Made by a program: the position numbers and the translations under genes. Shown piece after piece: positions 39,445-50,556 of a DNA stretch of 64,000 nt. Under the pieces are notes generated by a model that ran no database searches, was not told the DNA's origin, and saw nothing but the letters and a program-made list of their open reading frames with translations. The stretch is from Spirochaetota bacterium. Lineage in GTDB: Bacteria > Spirochaetota > UBA4802 > JAGODF01. Positions within the stretch are counted from its first letter, which is position 1. Each line of letters begins with the position of its first letter. The DNA lies in the NCBI GenBank assembly GCA_036846345.1, contig DAIUCD010000005.1, positions 110,155 to 174,154 of the forward strand. Reading direction: 5' to 3'.

Positions 39445-40083
39445 TCAGGCAAGATCGGACCGGGCGGTCCAGTTGGATTCGTTGATGATGAAGTCGGAAA
39501 AGACTGACGGGGCTTCCCGATGCATGTGTCTGAGCATCTCCAGGCAGACCCTGCGGATTTCCCACTGCGCGGTAATGTGGAGCCTGAGCTGAAATATATG
39601 CCGGAGCTCCCGGAAGTTTGCAGTGAATACGATCTGGCTCTCCAGGGCATTGGGCAGTACAAACCGGGCGTCCTCCTTTCGGACTTTCAATTCCTTGAGT
39701 TGGTTGTAGGTCTTGCGTGTGGTTTCCATGAAATCCCGAAACAGGGCATAGGCCTTTTCATTGTTCAGGATCTCGGGAGGCACAATGTAATTGAACTCCG
39801 ATTCATTAACATAGCGCTGGGATTGCTGGGAAAAGCTGGCCACGCGATGACGTACGAGCTGATGCGTGAAAGCCCTGGAGGCTCCCCGGATTCGGAATGT
39901 GGCTGACGCGTGTTCCAGGATGGAATGGTGCCCGTTGCGAATGCAGCGGCGGATGAAATTCGCTTCGCTGTCCCCCGTCATCTTGTCCAGGGAAAGATAG
40001 CATGTACGGCCCGCCTCTTCGATCAGTTTTTCCGCCTGGGGAGTAACGGCAAGCAGCTGAACTTCGGGCTTGTGGTATTCCAT
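39445..40083 (-). CDS. thyX: FAD-dependent thymidylate synthase
   Basis: ThyX signature RHRVASFSQQSQRY (RHRxxSxxxxSxR), HHSILEH. Confidence 0.9.
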   Translation of the reverse strand: MEYHKPEVQLLAVTPQAEKLIEEAGRTCYLSLDKMTGDSEANFIRRCIRNGHHSILEHASATFRIRGASRAFTHQLVRHRVASFSQQSQRYVNESEFNYIVPPEILNNEKAYALFRDFMETTRKTYNQLKELKVRKEDARFVLPNALESQIVFTANFRELRHIFQLRLHITAQWEIRRVCLEMLRHMHREAPSVFSDFIINESNWTARSDLA

Positions 40084-40239
40084 GATAAAACCTCATTATG
40101 GATAAAGGTGTTTAGGCTGATTTTCTGCTTTTACTCTATGTGGGGAGCTCTTGTAAAGTGAAAAAAGAAAAAACATTATACCGAGAGAAGTGACTGGTCA
40201 TTCTTTTAAAATGTAAAAAGTCATAAAAAGGGGGATGTT

Positions 40240-41211
40240 ATGATTCAACAGTATCGGCCCCGAAGATTGAGATCCCTGCCGGTGCTCCGGGATCTGGTCG
40301 CGGAAACCCGGATATCCCGGGATAAGCTCATCATGCCGCATTTCATCGTAGAGGGAAACGGACAACGGCAGGGGATCGCATCCATGCCCGGGATAGAGCG
40401 TGTTTCCACAGACAACCTCCTCCGGGACCTGGAGAGCGATTTCACCCTGGGAATAAAGAGCGTTCTCCTCTTCGGCATACCGGAAATGAAAGACAACCGT
40501 GCAACATCGGCCTATGACGAACAGGGGGTGATACAAAAAGCCCTTCGGGCTATCAGGGAAAAATTTCCTAATATCATCGTCATCACCGATGTATGCCTGT
40601 GCGAATACATGAATCATGGTCATTGCGGTCTTGTGGAGGAAGGACGCATACTGAACGATCCTTCCCTGGATCTGCTGGCCCGGACAGCGCTCTCCCATGC
40701 CCGTGCCGGCGCCGATATCGTAGCGCCCTCCGACATGATGGACGGCAGGGTGGAGGCCATAAGAAATGCCCTGGACAGGGAAAGTTTCCAGGACATCCCG
40801 ATCATGGCCTATTCGGCAAAATACGCCTCGTCTTTCTACGGTCCCTTTCGGGATGCAGCGGGCAGTACCCCGCAATTCGGCGACAGGAAGACCTACCAGA
40901 TGGATTTCCGCAATGCACTGGAAGCGGAGAGGGAAGTGGAACTGGATATCGAGGAAGGAGCGGATATCGTCATGGTCAAACCGGCCCTCTCCTATCTGGA
41001 CATCATCCGCCGCGTAAAGGATCGGGTATGTCTCCCGGTCTGCGCCTACAACGTCAGCGGCGAGTATTCCCTGGTCAAGGCAGCAGCAGAGAGAGGCTGG
41101 GTCAACGAGGAATCCATGGTGCGGGAGATCATAACCTCGATTTTCAGGGCCGGGGCGGATATGGTCATATCCTATCATACCCGGGATATTTATAAACAGG
41201 GGTGGTTCTGA
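40240..41211 (+). CDS. hemB: porphobilinogen synthase (delta-aminolevulinate dehydratase)
   Basis: RPRRLR N-terminus, active-site lysines, metal-binding Cys cluster DVCLCEYMNHGHCG. Confidence 0.95.
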   Translation: MIQQYRPRRLRSLPVLRDLVAETRISRDKLIMPHFIVEGNGQRQGIASMPGIERVSTDNLLRDLESDFTLGIKSVLLFGIPEMKDNRATSAYDEQGVIQKALRAIREKFPNIIVITDVCLCEYMNHGHCGLVEEGRILNDPSLDLLARTALSHARAGADIVAPSDMMDGRVEAIRNALDRESFQDIPIMAYSAKYASSFYGPFRDAAGSTPQFGDRKTYQMDFRNALEAEREVELDIEEGADIVMVKPALSYLDIIRRVKDRVCLPVCAYNVSGEYSLVKAAAERGWVNEESMVREIITSIFRAGADMVISYHTRDIYKQGWF

Positions 41212-41214
41212 TAC

Positions 41215-42507
41215 ATGAATACTGCAAGATCTAGGGAGCTTTACAGCAGAGCGCTGGAGCTGATGCCGGGAGGGGTCAATTCTCCCGTAAGGGCCTTTCG
41301 TTCCGTGGGGGGTGATCCTCTGTTCATCCGGAGCGGAAAAGGCCCAAACTTCAGGGATGTCGATGGGAATGAGTATGTAGATTACTGTATGTCCTGGGGG
41401 CCCATGATTCTGGGGCATGCCGATGAAGATGTCGTCGCCTCCCTTCTGGAGGGGGTGGGGATGGGTACGAGCTTCGGGACACCCAATGAATACGAAGTAG
41501 AACTGGCGGAGATGGTTCTCCGCCGTTTTCCCTCCATGGATAAGATACGTTTCGTCAATTCCGGCACCGAGGCCACCATGAGTGCCATACGGCTCGCCCG
41601 GGGGTTTACAGGACGCGAGAAGATCATCAAATTCGACGGGTGCTATCATGGCCACGCGGATCACCTCCTCGTCGCGGGAGGATCCGGCCTGGCAACCTTC
41701 GGAACGCCGGACTCAGCAGGGGTCAACAGGGATAATGTGAAGGATACCATCGTTATCCCCTTTAACAATCTTCCTCTGCTGGAGTCGCTGCTCCAGAGGG
41801 AGGGCGGCACTATCGCCGCGGTCATCATGGAGCCGGTCCCCTGTAATTACGGTCTCATCATCCCGAACAAAGAGTTCCTCACAGGCGTACGTGAACTCTG
41901 TACACGCCATGATATACTGCTCATCTGGGACGAGGTCATCACCGGATTGCGTTTGGCTCCGGGAGGGGCACAGGAGTATTACGGCATCAGGGCGGATATC
42001 ACGACGCTGGGTAAAATCATAGGCGGGGGCCTTCCGGTAGGGGCCTATGGCGCCTCAAAGGAAATCATGGCCCTGGTAGCCCCTGACGGTCCCGTCTATC
42101 AGGCCGGAACGCTTTCCGGCAACCCCCTTGCCATGCGGGCGGGGATAGCCACGCTCAAGAAGATGGAGAATCTGGACGGATACATAAAACTGAGCGAGCG
42201 GGGGGATATCTTCGAGTCAGGGGTCCGTCCCGTTGCCCGGGAATACCAGGGGCGGCTGCTCTTTACACGACTGGAATCCATTTTCTGTATTTATTTTACC
42301 GGCAGGGACCGCATCGGCGATGTTGATCAGGTGCGGGAATCCGACATGAAGCTGTTCGCACTTTTTCATCGGGCCATGCTGGAAAAGGGGATCTATCTCT
42401 CGCCCTCCGGTTACGAGGTCGGATTTCTCTCCACGGCCCATGGGACGGAGGAGATCAGCAAGACGGTGGATGCCCTTCGCCTGTCCCTTAAGGAGGTGCT
42501 GGGCTGA
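41215..42507 (+). CDS. hemL: glutamate-1-semialdehyde 2,1-aminomutase
   Basis: Class III aminotransferase with PLP-lysine region TLGKIIGGGLPVGAYG; adjacent to hemB. Confidence 0.95.
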   Translation: MNTARSRELYSRALELMPGGVNSPVRAFRSVGGDPLFIRSGKGPNFRDVDGNEYVDYCMSWGPMILGHADEDVVASLLEGVGMGTSFGTPNEYEVELAEMVLRRFPSMDKIRFVNSGTEATMSAIRLARGFTGREKIIKFDGCYHGHADHLLVAGGSGLATFGTPDSAGVNRDNVKDTIVIPFNNLPLLESLLQREGGTIAAVIMEPVPCNYGLIIPNKEFLTGVRELCTRHDILLIWDEVITGLRLAPGGAQEYYGIRADITTLGKIIGGGLPVGAYGASKEIMALVAPDGPVYQAGTLSGNPLAMRAGIATLKKMENLDGYIKLSERGDIFESGVRPVAREYQGRLLFTRLESIFCIYFTGRDRIGDVDQVRESDMKLFALFHRAMLEKGIYLSPSGYEVGFLSTAHGTEEISKTVDALRLSLKEVLG

Positions 42508-43617
42508 TCAGCGGGAGAGCCTTTTCTCCTTTGGAATGGATATACGGAAGAGGAGGCGGTTTTTATTGTCCATGTTCGTCTGAATGATCCCGCCGTGAAG
42601 TATGATCAGCCTCTGGGCGATAGCCAGATCGAAGTCGACATTCTGCGTGGAGAGGGAATAAAAGGGATTGAAGATGAAGTGGACATCCTCTTCCTTCAGC
42701 TTATTGGTTGTCAGTTCAATTTTCAGGGATATCTCATAGGGCGCGAAACGGAGGCTGATCACCACCGGCCTGTCCGGGAGGGAGAGCAGCAGTGAGTGCC
42801 GCAGCAGGTTCTTGATGGCGGTGCTGAACTTGGAGCGGTCAATATAGATCGGGTATTCCTCCAATTCGATAGGGGGGGTTTCCAGGGTGATTTTTTCCTT
42901 TTGTGAGATCTTTTTGGCATAACGAAAAATCTCCTGAAACACGGTTACCGTATTTTCCCTCTGAAATTTGATATCAGAGATATCCGAATACCTTTCCACC
43001 TGGTTGACGATATGATTCAGCCGTTCGGCGTCTTCTTTGATGTAGGTGATGTATTTTTTCAGTTCCTCCAGATCCCTTCCGTCTTTCAGAGCGCATTTTC
43101 TTAGAAGGAGATTGGCATATCCACCGATGGAAACGATCGGATTTCGGACTTCATGAGCGACGGAATCGGCTATTTGTCGCAGAGTCTCCATCTGATCAAT
43201 ATAACGGTTCTTTATCTGATAGATAAGCCTTTTCTCCTTCAGGTGGAGCTTCCAGATTTCCGTAATGTCTTTGATGATGATCGAAAAGTGAGGCTTCCCT
43301 CCATTGCCCGGCGCGGGCGGGAGGAGGGTTATCATCAGCTTGAGTTCTCTCTCCTTCTTTTGTATAAAGGTCATCTCGTGATGGCTTACAAAGCGGTTAT
43401 CCTTTATGCTCTGGGAGAGAAATCTGTAAAAGCCGGGATTGGAGCTTTCCAGGAGGGAAGACAGTGATCCGTGGTGGTTTTTCCGCTGATTGAGGCCGAA
43501 AGCCCTTTTGGCATAACGGTTGATGAAGATCACCCTTTCTCTGGTGTCGACGAGAAGGACACCTTCATCCAAGTGGTTGAGTAGATTATGAGGATGTGGG
43601 GCATTCCAGTTTATCAT
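42508..43617 (-). CDS. PAS-domain sensor histidine kinase (cytoplasmic)
   Basis: H-box SVAHEVRNP, HATPase region; convergent with hemL; the two stop codons abut as TGATCA. Confidence 0.8.
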   Translation of the reverse strand: MINWNAPHPHNLLNHLDEGVLLVDTRERVIFINRYAKRAFGLNQRKNHHGSLSSLLESSNPGFYRFLSQSIKDNRFVSHHEMTFIQKKERELKLMITLLPPAPGNGGKPHFSIIIKDITEIWKLHLKEKRLIYQIKNRYIDQMETLRQIADSVAHEVRNPIVSIGGYANLLLRKCALKDGRDLEELKKYITYIKEDAERLNHIVNQVERYSDISDIKFQRENTVTVFQEIFRYAKKISQKEKITLETPPIELEEYPIYIDRSKFSTAIKNLLRHSLLLSLPDRPVVISLRFAPYEISLKIELTTNKLKEEDVHFIFNPFYSLSTQNVDFDLAIAQRLIILHGGIIQTNMDNKNRLLFRISIPKEKRLSR

Positions 43618-43894
43618 AAGGGTTTTATACGGACTATCTTGTATATTGAAACATTATAAGCCCGGGGACTAAAATAATCAAAGAAAAAATGAGGGGCAAT
43701 CAGGGGAAAAATAAGTATCTGAGGTGGCCTTTCCAGCCGCTGAGGGTCTCCGGAATATTTCTCCAGTATAATGCAAGCATATGATCAAAAAATCGTTGAT
43801 GATAATTGGCAATCCATCATAGTATGGTCCTTTCTTCGAAATTTCCTATCAGCAAATAATCTATCATCCAGCAGCATTGGAACAGGAGTGTGTC

Positions 43895-45082
43895 ATGATA
43901 CAGGATAATGATGCGGTAATCGTCAGTTCGATACGGACAGCCCTGGGTGCCTATAATGGGACCCTGTCTTCCATGGATGCTACGGATTTGGGTGCCATTG
44001 TGATCCGCGAGGCGGTTAAGAAGGCCGGGATTCAAAAGAGCGATGTCCAGGAGATTATTATGGGGATGGTTCTTCCCTGCGGTTATGGTCAGAACCCGGC
44101 GAGACAAGCCGCCATAAGGGCGGAAATGCCGATGGAGCCGGGGGGGCTTACCGTTAACAAGGTATGCGGATCGGGTCTCATGTCTGTCGTACTGGCATCG
44201 GAGCTCATCAAGTCTGGGTATGCCGAGGTTGTTGTCGCGGGGGGCATGGAAAACATGAGCAAAGCGCCCTACTATCTCCCCAATGCCCGCTGGGGGGCTA
44301 GAATGGGGGACAGTCCGTTAATGGATCATATGGTGCACGACGGCCTCTGGGATATCAACAACAACTATCATATGGGGACGACTAACGACATCATCAGTCG
44401 GGAATGGGAGATCAGCCGGGAGGATCAGGATAAATATGCTCTTGGCTCCTACGACAAAGCTCTCAAATCCATCCGGGAAGGGGTCTTTAAGGACGAGATT
44501 GTGCCGGTGGTCATGAAATCAAAAAAGGGGGATGTCGTTTTCGACACCGATGAATGCCCTCGGGCGACGAGTCTCGAATTATTATCTAAAATGAAACCTG
44601 CCTTTACCAAGGATGGCTTTGCCACTGCCGGGAATGCTTCGGTCATAAGCGATGGTGCTGCAGCGGCCGTTGTTATGAGTTATAAAAAGGCGAAAGCTCT
44701 GGGGCTTAAACCTCTGGTGAAAATCGTTGCCTCCGGCTCGGCAGGGGTCGATTTGCCTCATGTTTTGATGGCACCCATAAAATCCATTCCTCATGTATGC
44801 AGAAGGGCGGGGATCGAAATCAAGGATATAGGCCTTCAGGAGATCAATGAGGCTTTTTCCGGTTCTACTCTGGCAGTCATGAAGGAATTAAAGCTGGACC
44901 GGGAGATCGTCAATGTCAACGGAGGGTCGGTGGCGCTGGGGCATCCCATAGGAGCTTCCGGGGCCCGGGTCCTGGCAACCCTGATACATGAGATGAAACG
45001 CAGGAAGACAAAGCTGGGCGCAGCCTCTCTATGCCTTGGTGGGGCTGAGGCCGTTACTATGATTGTTGAGAATATAGAATGA
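43895..45082 (+). CDS. acetyl-CoA C-acetyltransferase (thiolase II)
   Basis: [12 protein letters not shown] active-site Cys region, C-terminal GGAEAVTM; ATG after an AGGAG RBS. Confidence 0.9.
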   Translation: MIQDNDAVIVSSIRTALGAYNGTLSSMDATDLGAIVIREAVKKAGIQKSDVQEIIMGMVLPCGYGQNPARQAAIRAEMPMEPGGLTVNKVCGSGLMSVVLASELIKSGYAEVVVAGGMENMSKAPYYLPNARWGARMGDSPLMDHMVHDGLWDINNNYHMGTTNDIISREWEISREDQDKYALGSYDKALKSIREGVFKDEIVPVVMKSKKGDVVFDTDECPRATSLELLSKMKPAFTKDGFATAGNASVISDGAAAAVVMSYKKAKALGLKPLVKIVASGSAGVDLPHVLMAPIKSIPHVCRRAGIEIKDIGLQEINEAFSGSTLAVMKELKLDREIVNVNGGSVALGHPIGASGARVLATLIHEMKRRKTKLGAASLCLGGAEAVTMIVENIE

Positions 45083-45512
45083 GCTCTATCCCCGCTTCTT
45101 CTATCATCTCCTCTGCGAGGCTGTCTTTGTAAGGGTTTTTGAAGACGAAGCGATCTATGCCGCTGTTAATGAGCATCTTGGTGCAGATGGAGCAGGGCTG
45201 GTGAGTGATGTAAATCCAGGCTCCCTTGATGGAAACCCCGTGAAGGGCGGCCTGGATGATCGCGTTCTGCTCGGCATGCAGCCCGCGGCAGAGTTCGTGC
45301 CGTTCCCCTGATGGGATGTTGTATTTCGATCTCAGACAGCTTTCCGTCGTACAGTGAGATATTCTTGAGGGAACCCCGTTGTATCCCGTCGTAAGGATTC
45401 GCTTATCTTTAACCACTACAGCCCCTACCTTCCTTCGGACGCAGGTTGCCCGGGTGGACACGTCTTCGGCAATGGTCATGAAGTAATCATCCCAACTGGG
45501 TCGTTGACTCAT
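45057..45512 (-). CDS. dCMP deaminase (cytidine/deoxycytidylate deaminase family)
   Basis: HAEQNAI…PCSICTKML zinc-binding CDA motifs. Confidence 0.85.
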   Translation of the reverse strand: MSQRPSWDDYFMTIAEDVSTRATCVRRKVGAVVVKDKRILTTGYNGVPSRISHCTTESCLRSKYNIPSGERHELCRGLHAEQNAIIQAALHGVSIKGAWIYITHQPCSICTKMLINSGIDRFVFKNPYKDSLAEEMIEEAGIELILYSQQS

Positions 45513-46144
45513 AAATCAACCTCATATTTGAAATTAAGATATGTTGATACCGGTTCCCCGGAATTGAGTGTAATCACTGCCTGAAGGGGGATATGCCTCA
45601 CATCAAGCGGTATAAGGGATTTCTGCTGGGGAATGATGCATTGAGGGTTTTCCAGAGCAAAGGTGCGGATAACTTCGCGATCCAGGGATTTCATAAAGGA
45701 TTTGGCCTCCTGTGTTTTCAAAAGCAGTATACCCGGCTTTTCACCCACTTCGAATGTAGTGATGGTCTGATCCATGTATTTTATCTTTACGGTAAGTATC
45801 GAAAGCCCCTTAAAGGGCAGGGTGATGTCTTTTAGGCTGTTGGAATTGATGGTGAGGGAGAAAATATACTGATCCGATTTTTTCCTGCGGGAGACGGTAT
45901 AACGGAAACTGGCATTCCTGTAGCTCAGGCTCGTTGTAAAATAGGGACTATCGGAATGCTCTGATTTGAAAAGATAGATGATAGTCAGGACAAGAAGGAG
46001 ATTTATGAAAAGAAGGAACCCGGGAACTTTCCTCTTATTCGATGGCCGTTTCTCTTTCTTATCAGAATAGATTCTGTCAAGAAGCTCTTTTGTCAGTGGA
46101 CTCTTTGGTTCCATATTCACCTGGTTTAATGAAAACCGTAACAA
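45509..46144 (-). CDS. single-pass membrane hypothetical protein
   Basis: TM helix at residues ~40-60; start overlaps the dCMP deaminase stop; AT-rich. Confidence 0.45.
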   Translation of the reverse strand: MLRFSLNQVNMEPKSPLTKELLDRIYSDKKEKRPSNKRKVPGFLLFINLLLVLTIIYLFKSEHSDSPYFTTSLSYRNASFRYTVSRRKKSDQYIFSLTINSNSLKDITLPFKGLSILTVKIKYMDQTITTFEVGEKPGILLLKTQEAKSFMKSLDREVIRTFALENPQCIIPQQKSLIPLDVRHIPLQAVITLNSGEPVSTYLNFKYEVDL

Positions 46145-46373
46145 TTAACAATTTTACCAGAAATAAGATTATTGTAAACGACTTTCCCTGTCAATCAACT
46201 CTAAGGACTCTGCGGAAAAACTTATAGTAACGAAAATTATAATCAGAAAATTTACTTGATCTTTTGATCAGAATGTGTTTGACTTGTAAAGTCGCAAATC
46301 ATGTGTTTGATTGCCGGTATCATTGATCTCCTCGATTATTGGAATCGGAATACATTATACTTGATCAATATGA

Positions 46374-48102
<1,729 letters not shown>

Positions 48103-48178
48103 GTGGGGCCGAAAACTCCCACTGTTTGCGGAAACATGATAACCGGATGGGTCTTCCTTATCCCTATATACAATCAAA

Positions 48179-48739
48179 ATGAAAATTGAATATCAGAAAA
48201 CCACTCAAGAGGACGAGAATGTCATCAAAAGGCAGTTAAATGCTGCCCATGTACGCTCTATGGGGATTGTTGAAAAATGCCGTCATGGATATCCGCGAAT
48301 AATCCTTCTCTCACCCATGGCAAGTCTCAATAATGAGGAGATTAATTACGAGGCCATCAGCAACGTCTTTTGGCTGACTTGTCCCTATCTGAATGACAGG
48401 ATACACCGTATAGAATCTGACGGATTATCGGTCAGAATATCCGATTTCGTTCATAATGACCTGATGTTTCGTGGTATAATGAACAGGGCACATGCGCATT
48501 TTTATTATCTACGAAAAAATCTGTTCCAGGATTATTTTAAAACTTCGTTGCCAGAAAGCAAAATGAGGGTTTTCAACACGGGAATCGGGGGAAGCCGCGA
48601 CGTTAATTCCCTGAAATGTCTGCATATCCAGTATTGCCATTATAGAGTCTTCACGGAAAACATAACGGGCAGAATTATATCGGAGTTGCTAAACAACGTC
48701 ATTGATTGTAAAGGGGTGATTTGTAAACATGCAGGTTAA
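48179..48739 (+). CDS. DUF501-like protein
   Basis: Weak motif resemblance plus the conserved eno-ftsB-DUF501 synteny recalled from actinobacteria. Confidence 0.45.
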   Translation: MKIEYQKTTQEDENVIKRQLNAAHVRSMGIVEKCRHGYPRIILLSPMASLNNEEINYEAISNVFWLTCPYLNDRIHRIESDGLSVRISDFVHNDLMFRGIMNRAHAHFYYLRKNLFQDYFKTSLPESKMRVFNTGIGGSRDVNSLKCLHIQYCHYRVFTENITGRIISELLNNVIDCKGVICKHAG

Positions 48740-49370
48740 GTCGGCTCAGATTATCTCTATCAAAAAACTGAAAAAGGACGGTTCTTTCGGCACCGATATT
48801 ATTCAGCGGATTATTGAGGCATTACTGAATAATCAGAATGTGCTTATGCCCATCGATAACGTTTACGGCATAGCAGGTTTAAACCTTAATGATTTGCAGG
48901 AAAGATTCTCCTTCGATAATACGACGAATCATGATCATATGGAGTGCCTCATATCTTCCTTCCGCATGCTGGATGACATTGCGGATTATAGTAAATCGGA
49001 TTATGATTTTCTAAACAGGATATGGCCGGGCGAAGTGAGCGTTGTCTTTAACTGTAAAAATGGCCTTAAGAAGAAGAAACCATTAAAGGTCCGGTATCCC
49101 AAAACGCGATTTTTCCAGTATGTTGTAGAGGAAATTAATAAACCCCTATACTATTTACCTGCGCTGAAGGATTTTAATAAACCGGTTTATAAAAAAAGTG
49201 AACTTATTAAATATTACGGGGACAGAGCCGATTGTATGGTGCTAATCGATGAGCTGTGCAAAAAACACCCTTTGCCCACATTGATTGATATTAAAGACGG
49301 AAAGCTGATGATCCTCCATGAAGGAAAAATCTCCTCGGACGAAATCAAATCGCTCTATTTTTTAGGTTGA
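48729..49370 (+). CDS. YrdC/Sua5-domain protein (L-threonylcarbamoyladenylate synthase TsaC-like)
   Basis: LMPIDNVYGIAG, IWPGEVSVVF, LKVRYP motifs, collinear with my recollection of E. coli YrdC. Confidence 0.6.
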   Translation: MQVKSAQIISIKKLKKDGSFGTDIIQRIIEALLNNQNVLMPIDNVYGIAGLNLNDLQERFSFDNTTNHDHMECLISSFRMLDDIADYSKSDYDFLNRIWPGEVSVVFNCKNGLKKKKPLKVRYPKTRFFQYVVEEINKPLYYLPALKDFNKPVYKKSELIKYYGDRADCMVLIDELCKKHPLPTLIDIKDGKLMILHEGKISSDEIKSLYFLG

Positions 49371-50192
49371 ATACTCCTCAGCCCCCATAGTGAAGAATAT
49401 ATGCTTAATTCCGAACAACTTCACATAACCTTTTGCAGATATATTCAAATGGAATGGTGATATTTTCATACTGACCCAATCCCTTCTTGCCATGATTTTC
49501 TTGCCCATTTTATCAGCAGCATAGCAATATGCACCATTGTCAGTTGTTACTAATAGAAAATAATTGTTTTTTTGATGTAGTGATCCGGAGCTTGGAAAAA
49601 AATCAATGACCGAATAGAATATCCCCCCATGCTCCACCGAAACGATCTGATCTCTTTCGTGATACTGTGTCTTGGCAGATCTGGCTTCAATAATTTCAAT
49701 TTCAGCAAATGGGGTAATGAACCAGGAATTTTTCCTTTGAAAGGTGATCCATTTGAAGGGAAGGATCGTCTCAGCATCCTTCAGATTATTTCGTGATCTC
49801 GATGGATTCTTATGCAGACATTGTTTTTTTTCTTGATTCTGCCTAAAACCCTCCTCCCGTAATTCCGTCACCTTCTGATGCAGATAGTAAATGACATTGA
49901 AATTTATCCCTTCGTGCGTGTACCGTTTATAATATTCCTTCAAGGTTGCCCTGAGTTTATATAAGTATTCTATTCCATTAAGATTATTGAAGCTGGAATA
50001 GAGGGAAATGAGGACGTCGATATGATCGAGAAGGGCGTCATAGAGGCCTTGGAAGTCCCGGTATTCATTTTCCAGTTTAAAGAGAAACTGTTCAATCGTA
50101 TGAGTTAGCTCTTCAATTGAATGGAAACTGTTTTGCCAGAAATCCGCGACGAGATGAGTTTTATCCAGAAACTGTTTCATGTGTGATATCAT
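49362..50192 (-). CDS. hypothetical protein with C-terminal CheW-like domain
   Basis: C-terminal ~130 aa follows the CheW hydrophobic pattern (WFITPFAEIEIIEA … YFLLVTTDNGAYCYAADKMGKKI). Confidence 0.4.
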   Translation of the reverse strand: MISHMKQFLDKTHLVADFWQNSFHSIEELTHTIEQFLFKLENEYRDFQGLYDALLDHIDVLISLYSSFNNLNGIEYLYKLRATLKEYYKRYTHEGINFNVIYYLHQKVTELREEGFRQNQEKKQCLHKNPSRSRNNLKDAETILPFKWITFQRKNSWFITPFAEIEIIEARSAKTQYHERDQIVSVEHGGIFYSVIDFFPSSGSLHQKNNYFLLVTTDNGAYCYAADKMGKKIMARRDWVSMKISPFHLNISAKGYVKLFGIKHIFFTMGAEEYST

Positions 50193-50556
50193 TCAATGAA
50201 TTGGGCATGAATAAATACTCTAATAATAATGCAATAATGGATATCCGGATAAGTCAATACTTTCTTTACTTGATAATAAAATCAACATTTATGGTTGGAT
50301 GGATTCATCTCCTGCCATAGGGACGGGACATGCATCTAAAGAGTTGGGATTGCTCATAGTTTCTGATGTATCTCTTGAAAAGTTTAATGTGAATTAACGA
50401 TATAAAAAAACTGTAATTTATGCATTCTATGTAGTATACTAAATGTAAGTTAGTTCCTGATAAAGTCTGTATCATGGGATTGCAGCCATTAGTAAAATTA
50501 TAATAAATATATACATTTTCTTTGCGGGATATAATTACTTTAACAGGAGATGACCC

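Noticed and set aside
40198-41664. 488-aa ORF on the minus strand spanning hemB and hemL
   Set aside because: It is antisense to two strongly supported, conserved genes in GC-rich DNA, where long spurious antisense frames are common. The product is low-complexity (Gly/Pro/Arg-rich) with no motif.
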